Notes: generated from the letters alone by a model not told the origin. A DNA stretch of 64,000 bases from an uncultured Pseudomonadota bacterium (GCA_963770835.1 CAVYRH010000026.1:96001-160000), one strand, 5' to 3'. Counted from the stretch's first letter, positions 17,620 to 28,006 are shown. Numbers and translations: made by a program.

Positions 17620-19834
17620 GGTGCCCCTGAAGCCATTGAAGGAGGGCGGCGGGGGGCGGATTTTGCGGTTCCAACCTGCGGCATTGCTGGAAGTCCCAAA
17701 GAGCCTGCCGGTAATTTTTTTGGTCCATTTCCAATTGGGCCAGGTAGCGGTAAAACTTCGGCGACTCATAACCCGTTTGGAGGGCGGAATGAAACAAGAG
17801 GAGGGCCTGCCGCTCATCGTGTTTAAGGTCCCTTTCGTCCTCCCCCAGCCTTTCCAAAAAATAACCCTTCCGCCACCGCAGGGCCGGGTCCAAACCACAA
17901 ACCCGGATTTCCTCCCTCAGGCATTGCATGGCTTCCTCTTGGGGGATCTTGTCCATTAAATCCGCTAATTTTTCCCAATAACAAGACTCCAGGAAAGTGT
18001 CACCTTGAAAAGAGCCCCGGCATGACTTCAAGCTTTCCACGGCCGGCCCGTAGTCCGGGTTCGCGATGTGGTAAGGCATCAAGCCGAAAAGGCCCTGGAT
18101 TTGGCGGTGGGCTTCCAGCCATTTTTGGAGCACCGGAGCGGCTTGGCTGTCCAAAGGTAAGAGGAACAAAACCAGGTTGCCTTCCAATGCCGGCAATCCA
18201 TCGAAGAGCGGGTAGTTTTGGGAACGGGGGAAGCGGCGGGCGAAGTAGGACCGGAAGGAATCATCGGCCAGGACCGCGGCCCAATGGGCTTTTTGCGGGT
18301 CGAGAGCCGGGTTTCTCGCGGCGTTAAAGGGATAGGTTGAAATCAGGAGGGATTGGTCAAAAATATTGGGCACGAACTCGGTGAGGATCAATCCGGGACC
18401 TTCCCTGGCCTGGACCAGGTCCAGGATCTGGAAAGCGCGGTACCTTTCGGGTGATTTCGAATCGTTGGAATGGGCGCCCGGAACGGCCCACTGATGGTAG
18501 GGAAAACCCAAGTGGCAAAGGTCCAGGCCGGCGGAAAAGCTGGCGGAAAGGACCAGTGCCATGATTCGGCGGCGCTTGGGAAACGCCAGGAGCCATCTCC
18601 TCCATCCTACGGCGGCCACCACCACCGCCAGGGGCAGGAGGGGTAGGATGCGCATGACCTCGACGTTGGCGGAAAGAACGCCGGGCAGTAGCCCCAACGC
18701 CAGGAGCCCTACCGTCCCGAAAAAGAAAAATTTCCGGCGATTCCCGAAAATCTCCACGATCCCCAATAAAAAGGCCGCGCCGAGGATGGGATTGAAAAAG
18801 CCACCCCAAAGTGGCCCAAAATTAAAATAGGATTTGTCGACCGTTCCCCACAGCAAGGCCGTGACATAAGAGAAAGAGACCGACAGTTGATGGAGGGAAA
18901 GGGGCTGGGAGAAAATGAGGTAATGCTGTACGTGACCCGCCAGGACATTCCGGAAAATCCCAAGGGAAATCGGCAGGGCCAGGAGAAGAACCGGCAGGGC
19001 AAAAGCCAAAACCGGCCCCCATCGTCCTGGCTTTTCCCGCAAGGTCTTCCGCAAAGCCCCAACACTTAACACGAAGATAACCGGAATGGACAGTATCCAA
19101 ACATATAAACCTGAACCGAGCCCCAAGCCCAATCCCAAGGCGGTAAAAATCCGGTTTTTTCCGGGGCGGCTTTGAAGGAAAAGCGCGAAGAGGCCCAGAC
19201 AAAGGCATTCCCAAGCCGTGAACAATACCATGATTTGACAGAAGGTGCCCAGGAAGAGGGGCCAAAAGCTGAAAGCCAGGATCAAGGCGCAAAAAAAAGA
19301 AAGGGATTTGGAAAAATACCTCCGACAGGCCCAGTAGCCCGCCAACAAGACCAGGATGGACAATAAGCCGGGAAAAAACCAAAGGGAAAAAAGCGAGGGG
19401 GGAAACAGCCTGTAAAACAACGCCAACATCCAAAAAAAGAGGGGCGGATCGGATTCAGAGGAATAAAAGAGCTGCCAGTGCCAATGTTGCGCTTGGCCAA
19501 TGGAATAATAGCTGCTGAGGGCGTCGTCCCACATGGGCCAAACCAAGAGGGGGCGCGAGAAACACAACCTCAGCGCGGCCGCGCCCCCCCAAAACACGAC
19601 CCAAAACCAAGCCGGGAAGGAAGCGGGGAAATCCCGCCCCTTCCATGGTCCGGCTGTTTTGAAAGCTAAAGCCAAAGGAAGCAGGATTCCCAAGACGCCC
19701 ACACAGCATTTCGTGGGAAGACCCGATGGGAGGTAAGCCAGGAAAAAATTGACTGCCAGGAAAATCCCCAAATAGGCACGGGGGTCGTAGGGACGTCGAA
19801 GCAGCTGTTGAATCCTATTTTCGGGGGAGTTCAC
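17576..19834 (-). CDS. GT-C glycosyltransferase with TPR-like tail, paralog 4
   Basis: WPMWDD, GPLWGGFFNP, SPERYRAF, YPFNAARNP, FLESCYWEK; C-terminal TPR-like helices. Confidence 0.72.
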   Translation of the reverse strand: MNSPENRIQQLLRRPYDPRAYLGIFLAVNFFLAYLPSGLPTKCCVGVLGILLPLALAFKTAGPWKGRDFPASFPAWFWVVFWGGAAALRLCFSRPLLVWPMWDDALSSYYSIGQAQHWHWQLFYSSESDPPLFFWMLALFYRLFPPSLFSLWFFPGLLSILVLLAGYWACRRYFSKSLSFFCALILAFSFWPLFLGTFCQIMVLFTAWECLCLGLFALFLQSRPGKNRIFTALGLGLGLGSGLYVWILSIPVIFVLSVGALRKTLREKPGRWGPVLAFALPVLLLALPISLGIFRNVLAGHVQHYLIFSQPLSLHQLSVSFSYVTALLWGTVDKSYFNFGPLWGGFFNPILGAAFLLGIVEIFGNRRKFFFFGTVGLLALGLLPGVLSANVEVMRILPLLPLAVVVAAVGWRRWLLAFPKRRRIMALVLSASFSAGLDLCHLGFPYHQWAVPGAHSNDSKSPERYRAFQILDLVQAREGPGLILTEFVPNIFDQSLLISTYPFNAARNPALDPQKAHWAAVLADDSFRSYFARRFPRSQNYPLFDGLPALEGNLVLFLLPLDSQAAPVLQKWLEAHRQIQGLFGLMPYHIANPDYGPAVESLKSCRGSFQGDTFLESCYWEKLADLMDKIPQEEAMQCLREEIRVCGLDPALRWRKGYFLERLGEDERDLKHDERQALLLFHSALQTGYESPKFYRYLAQLEMDQKNYRQALWDFQQCRRLEPQNPPPAALLQWLQGHLSPSGKVLNGSGTP

Positions 19835-19875
19835 CCGGGGATTTTACCTAAAAAAACAAGCCCCCATGGTGGATT

Positions 19876-20235
19876 TCAGGCCGAACAGGCCTCAAGCCAT
19901 TGGGAAAGGTGCCGGTCGATGCCGCTCAAGCGCTTAGCCCAGCGGTCATGGAGCTCGGTCGAGAGCAGGTTTTTCCTCAGGCAAAGGCTCATCAAGGGGA
20001 CGCACTCGTGGGTCATAGCCAGGGCCTGCTCCAGGAATTTCCCGGTGCGGGCCGGGCTCTTCGAATCCTTTGCTTTTTGGACGGCCTGGGAAAGTTCGTG
20101 GACCTGGCGTTTCAGGCGCGAGACAGCCTCGTGCTTCAAGGCCCAGGGGAGGTTCTGGTAGGTCTTGTTGATCTCCCCGGCCAGGTCGTCGCAGAGGGCG
20201 GGAATGTTCACATTCAAGTAATCCGATGACGCCAT
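19876..20235 (-). CDS. four-helix-bundle protein (23S-IVP/Avd-like)
   Basis: 119 aa, all helical; LP..LK...L.R and LLS..LHDRWAKRLSGIDRHLSQWL pattern; GGAGG RBS. Confidence 0.6.
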   Translation of the reverse strand: MASSDYLNVNIPALCDDLAGEINKTYQNLPWALKHEAVSRLKRQVHELSQAVQKAKDSKSPARTGKFLEQALAMTHECVPLMSLCLRKNLLSTELHDRWAKRLSGIDRHLSQWLEACSA

Positions 20236-20260
20236 AGGCTTTCCTCCCCTTCTGGGATGG

Positions 20261-22375
20261 TTACGGCGAAAGATAACCAGCGGCTTGGGTCAGGTTCAAG
20301 GGAGCCCGCATGGCCTTTTCGAAGGCCCGCCGGGCCTCCTGGGGGTGCTGTTCCATCAGTTCCAGCGCACCCAAATGGAAATAAAGATGGGCCGATGGCA
20401 CCTCCCCCCGAACCGCCTGTTCCAAGGCTTCCCGGGCCTCTTCCAAGAGCTTTCCACGGTCTTCCACCCGGGCTTCGAACGAGAACTTCAGGTAAAGATC
20501 CGACATTTTCTCCCAATAAAAGGAATTTAAAAAGGGATCGGTTTTGAAAAAGGGATAGGCTTCCCGCAAGGCCTGAAGGGTTTCCTCCCCGTCCTCACCG
20601 GAGAGGCGGCCCAGGCTTTTATCAATAAACGGTTTCAACGAAGCTGAGGCCTTTCCATATTGCTCCAGGAGTTTCGGGCCGAAAGAGTCCGTGGGACAAA
20701 CCCAGAGCATCCATCCCCCGTCAGGGGGAAGGGGCGCGGGGGAAAGGACGTAAGCCTTGGCTTGGGGAAACCGCCGGGCCAGGAAAGGGCGGTCGTTGAC
20801 GTTGGCTAGGAAGGCCACCCAATGGGCATCGGAGGCGTGAAGCGCGGGGTTCTGGGCCGCGTTATAGGAATAGGACGCCACCGTCAGCGTCTGGTCGGGG
20901 AGGCCCGGCACGAAATCAGAAAAGATCACACCGGGGCCTTGTTCCTCTTTTATTTTTTCCAGCAGGCCGTAGGCCCGGTAACGCTCGATGGATTTGGCCC
21001 AACCCCTCCAATTGTCCACATCGTTCCACAAGCGGCCGTAGATCCCGTACAAGTGAAAGGAATCCAGGGACCCTGAAAGGAGGAGGAGGCCCAAAACAAC
21101 CGCCATCGCCCTATTCTTGGGGAAGCGGCCCAGCCAGGCGGCCATCCCAAGGGAAGCCATCCCGAAGAGGATGGGGATGACCGGCACCATGCGGAAAGTT
21201 TCCCGGTCCGAGGTGGCCATGGCTGGCAGCACAAAAAAAATCAGGCACGCCAAGAGCCAACGGTAAAGCCCCTCTTTTCGCCTTTTCCAGGATTCCAGCA
21301 GTCCGAGGAGAAAAAGACTCCCCAATAGGGGGTTCAGCAGTCCCCCCCAGACCGGTTGGTAGGTATGAAAGCGGGGGTCCATGCCCCAAAAGAGGGACGA
21401 AAGATAAGAAAGGGAAACGGCCCATTGATTGGAAGCCGAAAAGTCCCCATGGGAAACGAGGCCTAGGACAAAGCGGCCATATCCATCGAGAAAAACCCCG
21501 ATCACTATCGGCAAGCCTAAGAGGGCGCAGGGTCCCAGGAACCAAAAAAAAGCCGCTCTTTCATCCGGCCCAGCCCGCGGCTTCAACCAAGCCAGAACCA
21601 GGGTTAAAAATACCACCGCCGCCACGATCGGCCAATGGATATGAATCCAAAAACCCAGGCCCGTGGCCGCTCCCAGCATGGCCCCCGCCCGCTTGCGATC
21701 CTCCGCATGGCGGCTCTTCAAGGCGAGGCCCAAAAGCCAGAGGACCAGCGCTTCCCATGTCAGGACCAGGCCGGTCATAAAAGAAAAACGCCCCAGCAAC
21801 GCGGGCCAAAAGCCCAGGGCGGTAAAAGCGGTAACGCAGAAGGCAAGGGAACGGGAAAAATACTGGCGTGAAGCGCCATAGGCCAGGGGAATGGCGGCCA
21901 GGGAAATGAAAGCAGGGAAAATCCAAAGGGATAACAGGGAAGAACCGAAGATTTTTAAAAAAAGGGCCAAGCCCCAGATGTAAAAGGGCGGCACCCGGCT
22001 GCCACCGTAAAAAAGACGCCAGGTCCAATGCTCGTCGAGGTTCAAGGCGTAATAACCGTAAACCCCTTCATCATAATGGGGCCAAACCGAGAGGGTGGTG
22101 AGCTGGAAAAACCGGAGGAAGACAGCCCCTAAAGCCAGAAAAATCCAAACCCAAAAGGGTACCGGCGGAAGAAATTCCTTTTGAAGCAGGTCTTTCGAAT
22201 CGGATTGAGAGGGTAAGTAAAAAAAGGCAAACCCGAAAGGCAGGAGGATGCCGAAAAGGCCGATCCAGAGTTTCGCTTCCAAGGAAAAGGAGAAATAGGA
22301 AAGAAGGGTATTGGCGGCCAGGAATATCCCGAAATAAATCCAAGGGCGGAAGCGGGGAAGCCGCTGGGGGTTCAA
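20261..22375 (-). CDS. GT-C glycosyltransferase with TPR-like tail, paralog 5
   Basis: WPHYDE, QPVWGGLLNP, SIERYRAY, GPGVIFSDF, DPFLNSFYWEK, SAHLYFHLG. Confidence 0.72.
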   Translation of the reverse strand: MNPQRLPRFRPWIYFGIFLAANTLLSYFSFSLEAKLWIGLFGILLPFGFAFFYLPSQSDSKDLLQKEFLPPVPFWVWIFLALGAVFLRFFQLTTLSVWPHYDEGVYGYYALNLDEHWTWRLFYGGSRVPPFYIWGLALFLKIFGSSLLSLWIFPAFISLAAIPLAYGASRQYFSRSLAFCVTAFTALGFWPALLGRFSFMTGLVLTWEALVLWLLGLALKSRHAEDRKRAGAMLGAATGLGFWIHIHWPIVAAVVFLTLVLAWLKPRAGPDERAAFFWFLGPCALLGLPIVIGVFLDGYGRFVLGLVSHGDFSASNQWAVSLSYLSSLFWGMDPRFHTYQPVWGGLLNPLLGSLFLLGLLESWKRRKEGLYRWLLACLIFFVLPAMATSDRETFRMVPVIPILFGMASLGMAAWLGRFPKNRAMAVVLGLLLLSGSLDSFHLYGIYGRLWNDVDNWRGWAKSIERYRAYGLLEKIKEEQGPGVIFSDFVPGLPDQTLTVASYSYNAAQNPALHASDAHWVAFLANVNDRPFLARRFPQAKAYVLSPAPLPPDGGWMLWVCPTDSFGPKLLEQYGKASASLKPFIDKSLGRLSGEDGEETLQALREAYPFFKTDPFLNSFYWEKMSDLYLKFSFEARVEDRGKLLEEAREALEQAVRGEVPSAHLYFHLGALELMEQHPQEARRAFEKAMRAPLNLTQAAGYLSP

Positions 22376-24513
22376 GGCTTCCGCTCCATAGGGGCGGCGG
22401 GTGAAAGCTGGGCCAAAAGCAATCGGGATTCGGTGAAATCCAAGGGAGCCCGGACCGCTTCCTGGAAGAATTGATGGGCCTTGGGAGGATCGTTTAAGGC
22501 CAGTTGGAGAACCCCCAACCGGTAAAACAAGTGGGCGGCGGGATAACCCGAATGGACCGCCTGTTCCAGGGCTTCCACGGCATCGTTCATTTTACCGGCC
22601 TTGACCGAAAGGTCCGCCATTTTTTCCCAATAGCAGGTCTCCAGGAAGGAATCCTTTTGAAAAAGGCCATGCACCGCGAGAAGGAAAGGACGGACTTTCT
22701 CCAGGGGGTCGCCGCTGTTGTAGTTCAAATTTTGAAGGTAGGCGTCGATGAAGCCGTCCAGGGTCTGGTCCGCCTCCCGCCATTCCAAAAAGACGGGACG
22801 GTTGGCCGGGGAAAGGGGAACCAGCCATAGCATCAAACCGCCGTCCGGGGGATGGAGGTCCTTCGAGAGCCAGTAACTTTTGCCGGGGCCGAAACGCTTG
22901 ACCAGGAAGGGCTGCTCGTTCACGTTGGCCAAAACGGCGGCCCACCGGGCCGATCCGGGGTCCAACTTCGGATTAGAAACGGCGTTGAATCCGTAGTCGG
23001 CGATATCCAATGTCTGGTCACAGCTGCCCGCCGGGAAATCGGAAAAAACCAAACCGGGGCCCTCGGCCCGGGCTTGGGCCTTGAGGACGCCAAATGCGCG
23101 GTAATAATTAATGGATTTTGTGAATTTCAACCAATAAGCCGGATCATCCCAGACCCGATGGAGGGGTCCGGCCAAGTGGAAAAAATCCAGTCCAAAGGAT
23201 AATGCCAAGAGCGCGCCTAAAAGGAGCAAGGGATGCCGGTAGGGGGGCAGGGAAACCACTAAACGGGCCAGGCCCAGGGCCGCCAGCGGCACGGTGATGA
23301 CGGCGGCGGCGGCGATGCGGAAAGTTTCGGAGTCATGGCTTAACATCCCCGGAAGCAACAAGAAGAGGAACGCCGCCACCAGCCAACGTCCCAGTGGAGT
23401 TCCGGACCGGATTGCCTCCAGGAAACCGCAAAAAACGCAGGATCCTAAAACCGGATTTAAGAACCCTCCCCAAATTGGCTGGAAAGTGTAGTACGAAAGC
23501 GGCAGTCCCCAAAAAACGGCGCTCCAATACGAAAGGGAGACTTCCATCCGGTGCCACGAGAGGGGGGACCCTTGATGGGTCCAAAGCATTTGAAGGTAGG
23601 GCGGCAATCCAGCGCGTCCTAGGTGGACCAGAAACGGCAGGATGACCGCGGCTAAAGACAGGCCGAAAGCCAGCGGCACCCAAGGTGACCGCCGGAAAGC
23701 CCACGCGACGGTCAGCCCTACCAGCAGCGCCACCGCCATCCACTGGAAATAAACGGCGTAAAAAGTCAGGCCGACAGCCAATCCCAAAAGAAGGGCCGCA
23801 GCCATCCTTGGGCGGGGCCGGGCCGCGCGGAACAAGAGGGCCAGCGGGATCAAGACAGCTGTTTCCACAAGGGGGATGAGGCATACGAAGCTGGCGAAGC
23901 GCCCGATGTACCAAAACCAAAAGCCCAAAGCCCCTAGAGCCGCGCAAAGAAAGGAAAAGGACCTGGAGAAGTTCCATTGGCGGCAGGCAAGGTAAGCCAG
24001 GGGCGGGAAGCCCAGGGAAAAAATCAGGGGCGAGGACCACAAGCTCCCAATGGAAGGCCCCTCCAGCCTAAAGCAAAGGCTGAGCCACCATTGGTAAAAA
24101 GGAGGATGCTGGGCGCCGCTGTACAAAAGCCGGTCAATTCCCATCCGCATGATCCGCAGGGCGTAGAAGCCCACGATGCCCTCGTCCGAATGGGGCCACA
24201 CGAAAAGGCCCATCAGTTTATAACCGCGAACGAAAATGGCCAGAGCTGCGACAAGGACCCAAACCCAAGGAGGCACCGCCGGCAGGAATTCCTGGAAGTA
24301 GAGCGGTTTTCCGGAGGGGCCTGGAACATAGGTTTTCCATGCCACGAAAAAAAGCAATAGGAGGCCGGGCAGGCCGGTCCAAAGTTTGGTTTCCAAGGGC
24401 AGGGGGGCGTAAGAAAGAAGGAGATTGGCGGCAAAGGTAATGAAGAAGTAAGCCCAGGGATGGTAGGAAAAGAAAAAGGCCTTAAAGGGGGGAAGTTTCA
24501 ACATCGGAACCAT
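22372..24513 (-). CDS. GT-C glycosyltransferase with TPR-like tail, paralog 6
   Basis: WPHSDE, QPIWGGFLNP, GPGLVFSDF, FLETCYWEK, GYPAAHLFY. Start placed at ATG 24513, just after the hpnE stop. Confidence 0.72.
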   Translation of the reverse strand: MVPMLKLPPFKAFFFSYHPWAYFFITFAANLLLSYAPLPLETKLWTGLPGLLLLFFVAWKTYVPGPSGKPLYFQEFLPAVPPWVWVLVAALAIFVRGYKLMGLFVWPHSDEGIVGFYALRIMRMGIDRLLYSGAQHPPFYQWWLSLCFRLEGPSIGSLWSSPLIFSLGFPPLAYLACRQWNFSRSFSFLCAALGALGFWFWYIGRFASFVCLIPLVETAVLIPLALLFRAARPRPRMAAALLLGLAVGLTFYAVYFQWMAVALLVGLTVAWAFRRSPWVPLAFGLSLAAVILPFLVHLGRAGLPPYLQMLWTHQGSPLSWHRMEVSLSYWSAVFWGLPLSYYTFQPIWGGFLNPVLGSCVFCGFLEAIRSGTPLGRWLVAAFLFLLLPGMLSHDSETFRIAAAAVITVPLAALGLARLVVSLPPYRHPLLLLGALLALSFGLDFFHLAGPLHRVWDDPAYWLKFTKSINYYRAFGVLKAQARAEGPGLVFSDFPAGSCDQTLDIADYGFNAVSNPKLDPGSARWAAVLANVNEQPFLVKRFGPGKSYWLSKDLHPPDGGLMLWLVPLSPANRPVFLEWREADQTLDGFIDAYLQNLNYNSGDPLEKVRPFLLAVHGLFQKDSFLETCYWEKMADLSVKAGKMNDAVEALEQAVHSGYPAAHLFYRLGVLQLALNDPPKAHQFFQEAVRAPLDFTESRLLLAQLSPAAPMERKP

Positions 24514-24514
24514 T

Positions 24515-25852
24515 TTAGGGTCTTCGCGAAAGATATTCCCGAACTTTTTCCGCGGCGCGGTGGCCCGAAAGGCAGGCGCCTTCCAGGGTGGCGGGAAGGC
24601 CCGTGTTGGTCCAGTCCCCGGCCAGGAAGACATTGGGGTAGGGCGTTTCACAAGGCGGGCGGAGCCTGTCCGTTTCCTTGTTCCAAACGAAAGTGGCGGC
24701 CATTTCCCGCGTGGCCTTGGAATAAAGCACGGAAGCCCCAGCGGCCGCGGGACACTTCGCCCGCAATTCCACCAAGGCCAAGTCCACCAGTTCAGGGTCC
24801 TTCAAGCGGCCCAGGTCTTCCGCTGCGCTGGCCGTAAAGCTCAAGTATTGGCCTTGCCCCTTCCAAGACCAATTGGCGTTGCGGTTGAAAACCCACTCGA
24901 ACCTGGCGCCCGAAAGCCCGACGAGATGGCCTTCCATGACCGGCTTGGAAAGGATGACGTGGACGGAAACAATGGGGGATTTTCCCATTTTGGAGAAATG
25001 GGAGGTTGTTTCCCAAGTCCCGGCGGGCCAAAGGGCGGAGAGGGAAGTGGGCGGCACGGCGAAAACGAGGGCATCGCCGGGATAAACGGCACCAGAACGG
25101 GTTTTAATTTCAAATACTCCCTCTTTAACAGTGAATTCCTGGACCCCCTCATGAAAAAGAACCCGCCCCCCTTTTGCTTCCAGGCACTTCCGGGCTTTTT
25201 CCGAAACCAGGTCGCCCAGGGGGAACCGAGCGATCCCTAAGGCGCTGTCCCGGCGGTTCCCGAAGAAGACCCGGTGAAGCACCTCGCCCAGGCCCAGGAG
25301 GGGCGCGACGGCGGGGGGAACGTTCATGACACTATCGCAAAGGGGCACCCAAAAGCGCTCGCGGGAGTGCGGGCCCTGGCCGGTGGTATCGAGGAACTGC
25401 GCCACGGTTTCCGCGCCCGACGGAATCCGAAAAGGTTTTTTCGAGAAAGCCGAAAGGGCCTTCGACATGGAAATTTTTTCCTTCCATGGAAAAGCGTTGG
25501 AAGTGAGGAGACCCCAAACCAGATGGAAAGGAGCGGGCAGGGGGGCGCATTTCAGCGAGACTTTTTTCCCGCCAGAAGTGAGCCAGGAAAGGGCCAGGGG
25601 ATCAATCCAATGGAAGGCGCCGTTCATCCCGATTCGCTCCAGCATCCGGAGGGTTTCGGCGTAGCAACCCATGAAAAGATGGGGGCCGTTGTCCATGGGC
25701 GCGGGGAAGGTTTCGGAGGCCGGGATGGAATAGGCCCGGCCGCCCAGGGAGCCGCGGGACTCCAGGAGGTCCACGGAAATACCCTCTTCGGCCAGGGCCG
25801 TGGCGGCGGCGATCCCGGCATATCCCCCTCCCACGACGATCACTTTTCCCAT
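24515..25852 (-). CDS. hpnE: hydroxysqualene dehydroxylase HpnE (FAD-dependent)
   Basis: VVGGGYAGIAAA, GGRAYS, DNGPHLFMGCY, LAGDWTNTGLPATLEGACLSG; follows hpnCD. Confidence 0.88.
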   Translation of the reverse strand: MGKVIVVGGGYAGIAAATALAEEGISVDLLESRGSLGGRAYSIPASETFPAPMDNGPHLFMGCYAETLRMLERIGMNGAFHWIDPLALSWLTSGGKKVSLKCAPLPAPFHLVWGLLTSNAFPWKEKISMSKALSAFSKKPFRIPSGAETVAQFLDTTGQGPHSRERFWVPLCDSVMNVPPAVAPLLGLGEVLHRVFFGNRRDSALGIARFPLGDLVSEKARKCLEAKGGRVLFHEGVQEFTVKEGVFEIKTRSGAVYPGDALVFAVPPTSLSALWPAGTWETTSHFSKMGKSPIVSVHVILSKPVMEGHLVGLSGARFEWVFNRNANWSWKGQGQYLSFTASAAEDLGRLKDPELVDLALVELRAKCPAAAGASVLYSKATREMAATFVWNKETDRLRPPCETPYPNVFLAGDWTNTGLPATLEGACLSGHRAAEKVREYLSRRP

Positions 25853-26691
25853 CAACGAACTATCCCTTTCCAAAGCCAGCAACGGCCAACCACTCCCAAA
25901 ACCGAAAGCAGCTTGTCGGCCTTGGAGAGGACGGTGCGCCCCTTCAGAATGCGGTAGGGATTGGCCCTCAATTTTTGGTAAAGCTTCACATAAACGGCAG
26001 CGATGGCCTCGGCGGTCACCAGTTGGGAGCGTTGGAAAAGGCTCAAGGACCCCCGCGCTTTTTCAAGGTAAGACCAGGCGCGGTCCAGTTGGAATTCGAC
26101 GAAGGGTTTCCAGTGGGAATCGGTCTCCCCGAGTTGGGCTGGATTTAGGTGGAACCGCTTGAAGTCCTCCTGCGGGAAATATTGGCGATTGAGGGCCATG
26201 TCCTCCCGGTAATCCCGGGTGATATTGACCAACTGGAGGAAAACGCCGAGGTTTTCGGCGTAATCGCGGTGGGCCTGGTCCTTGAAGCCGAAGATTTCCA
26301 TGCAGGCCAAGCCGGGGCCCCCCGCCACCTTCAGGGCGTATTGGTGGAGCCCAAGGAATTTTTTGAACCGGACGGGCCTCAAATCCTGTTCCACGCCCTG
26401 GATAATCCGTTCCAAGGGTTCGCGGGAAAGGCCGAAGGCGGGGATGAGGCCTTTCAACCTAAGAAAGAGAGGATGGGTTGCCCGGTCTGCAAAAGCGCTA
26501 TTCAGGTTCCGTTTGAAGCGGGACAGCTTGCTCTTTTTTTCGGCGGGCGAACCTGGTCCATCGGCGATCTCATCGGCTTCCCAGCAGAAACGGTACAACA
26601 CTTCCATGGCCCGTCTTTGGGAACGGGGTAGGAGAAGGAGGGCATAGTAAAAGCTGGTTTTGTTTTCGAGCGAGCCTTTTTGGGGGTTCAC
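25852..26691 (-). CDS. hpnD: presqualene diphosphate synthase HpnD
   Basis: TSFYYALLLLP, LYRFCWEADEIAD, LQLVNITRD; squalene/phytoene synthase fold. Confidence 0.85.
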   Translation of the reverse strand: MNPQKGSLENKTSFYYALLLLPRSQRRAMEVLYRFCWEADEIADGPGSPAEKKSKLSRFKRNLNSAFADRATHPLFLRLKGLIPAFGLSREPLERIIQGVEQDLRPVRFKKFLGLHQYALKVAGGPGLACMEIFGFKDQAHRDYAENLGVFLQLVNITRDYREDMALNRQYFPQEDFKRFHLNPAQLGETDSHWKPFVEFQLDRAWSYLEKARGSLSLFQRSQLVTAEAIAAVYVKLYQKLRANPYRILKGRTVLSKADKLLSVLGVVGRCWLWKGIVR

Positions 26692-26712
26692 AGGACCTCT
26701 TGCTAGTTATTT

Positions 26713-27582
26713 TTAAGGATGAACCGCGCCAAATAGGGACCGGAGAGCCAGCGAAAGCTTATCGAATGCGTTCCAGGAGGGCCGGGTTTGGAGCACATTG
26801 TAGTCCATGTCCCTGATTTTATTGAGGATTCCCTGGCCGCCCAAGTAGGTCGCCTTCAATTCCAGTTTCAAGCGGCCGGACACCGATTCCAAGAGGGGGT
26901 GGCCTTTTTTAAAGTAACCTTCGGTGTAATCCACGGCGCTTTTCACCAGGACCCGGACCGCCGCGGAAGCCTTCAAGCCCAGCAGATCTTTTTCACCCAC
27001 ACCCGCCTTTTTCAATTCCAGCCGGGGGTAATAAATCCGGTTCCGTTTCAGATCCATCGCCGTGTCCTGCCAAAAGTTGATGAGCTGGAGGCCGCTGCAG
27101 ATGAAATCCGAGTACCGGTGAAGTTTTTCCTCCCGGATGCCGGAGATATAAAGCACCATGCGGCCCACGGGATTGGCGCTATGGCGGCAATAAAAAAGAA
27201 CCTCCTTCCAGGAAGCGTAACGCTTGACGGTCAGGTCCATCCGGTAGGCTTTCAACAAATCCAAGGGAAGGGAAAGGGGGATGCGGAAGGTCTTCAACGT
27301 GTTCGCGAAGGCTTGGAGTTCCAGGGGAGCCTTCTTCCTTTTCAGGGCGTCCTTGAGGCTCTTTTCCCAGCGGTTGATTTCCCCCAGGCGCCGGCCCTCG
27401 TATTCTTCCTCATCCGCGAAGTCATCGGCGGTGCGGGCAAAGGCATAGAGGGCCGCCACATGGGGGCGGGATTGCTTGGGCAAGAGCAGGGAGGCCACGG
27501 GGAAGTTCTCATAGTGGCCAAAAGTCCGCTTCTGGCATAAGGCGTAAGCTTGCTCAAGGCCGGAGGGGATCGATGAGTCCAT
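26713..27582 (-). CDS. hpnC: hydroxysqualene synthase HpnC
   Basis: HYENFPVASLLLP, YAFARTADDFADE, YCRHSANPVGR, LQLINFWQD. Confidence 0.92.
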   Translation of the reverse strand: MDSSIPSGLEQAYALCQKRTFGHYENFPVASLLLPKQSRPHVAALYAFARTADDFADEEEYEGRRLGEINRWEKSLKDALKRKKAPLELQAFANTLKTFRIPLSLPLDLLKAYRMDLTVKRYASWKEVLFYCRHSANPVGRMVLYISGIREEKLHRYSDFICSGLQLINFWQDTAMDLKRNRIYYPRLELKKAGVGEKDLLGLKASAAVRVLVKSAVDYTEGYFKKGHPLLESVSGRLKLELKATYLGGQGILNKIRDMDYNVLQTRPSWNAFDKLSLALRSLFGAVHP

Positions 27583-27634
27583 AGAAAGGTATTATTCAGA
27601 AAAGGGCGGATGAAAGAACCGAAAAAGTGGGTGT

Positions 27635-28006
27635 TTACAGGACCGTTGCGGTGTAAATGAGGGCCGCGCAGGCGGTTTTTACAAAAGGACAGATTTTGAT
27701 GGGAAGAATGGAAGTCCGTGCCCCGGTGAAAAGGGTCCAAAAGGCCATGAGGATCAGCATGGCGGCGCAGAGGCGGAACACCAGGACCGAAGTGGGATTC
27801 AAACCTTGCCGGAGGGCGACGATGGCCACCAATGCCCCGATAAAAGAAAGAGTCAGACCTTCAGCGACCCATTCCATCAGGATGATTTTTTGATTGTCGG
27901 AGGAAAGGGGGCCGAAACCCTTCACCACGGCGCGGGTGGGGACGATATGGGCGATGCCCCAAACCAACAAAACGACAGAAGCTAGATACAAGAGGGTGGC
28001 AGGCAT
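27635..28006 (-). CDS. hypothetical membrane protein (4 TM)
   Basis: 123-aa hydrophobic ORF with AAGGA RBS. Confidence 0.65.
   Translation of the reverse strand: MPATLLYLASVVLLVWGIAHIVPTRAVVKGFGPLSSDNQKIILMEWVAEGLTLSFIGALVAIVALRQGLNPTSVLVFRLCAAMLILMAFWTLFTGARTSILPIKICPFVKTACAALIYTATVL

Noticed and set aside
11378..22375. Diversity-generating retroelement suggested by the Avd-like gene and similar GT sequences
   Set aside because: No reverse transcriptase, and the paralog differences inspected are not adenine-specific
24514..24651. N-terminal extension of ORF 22372..24651
   Set aside because: Overlaps the conserved hpnE C-terminus; ATG 24513 fits better
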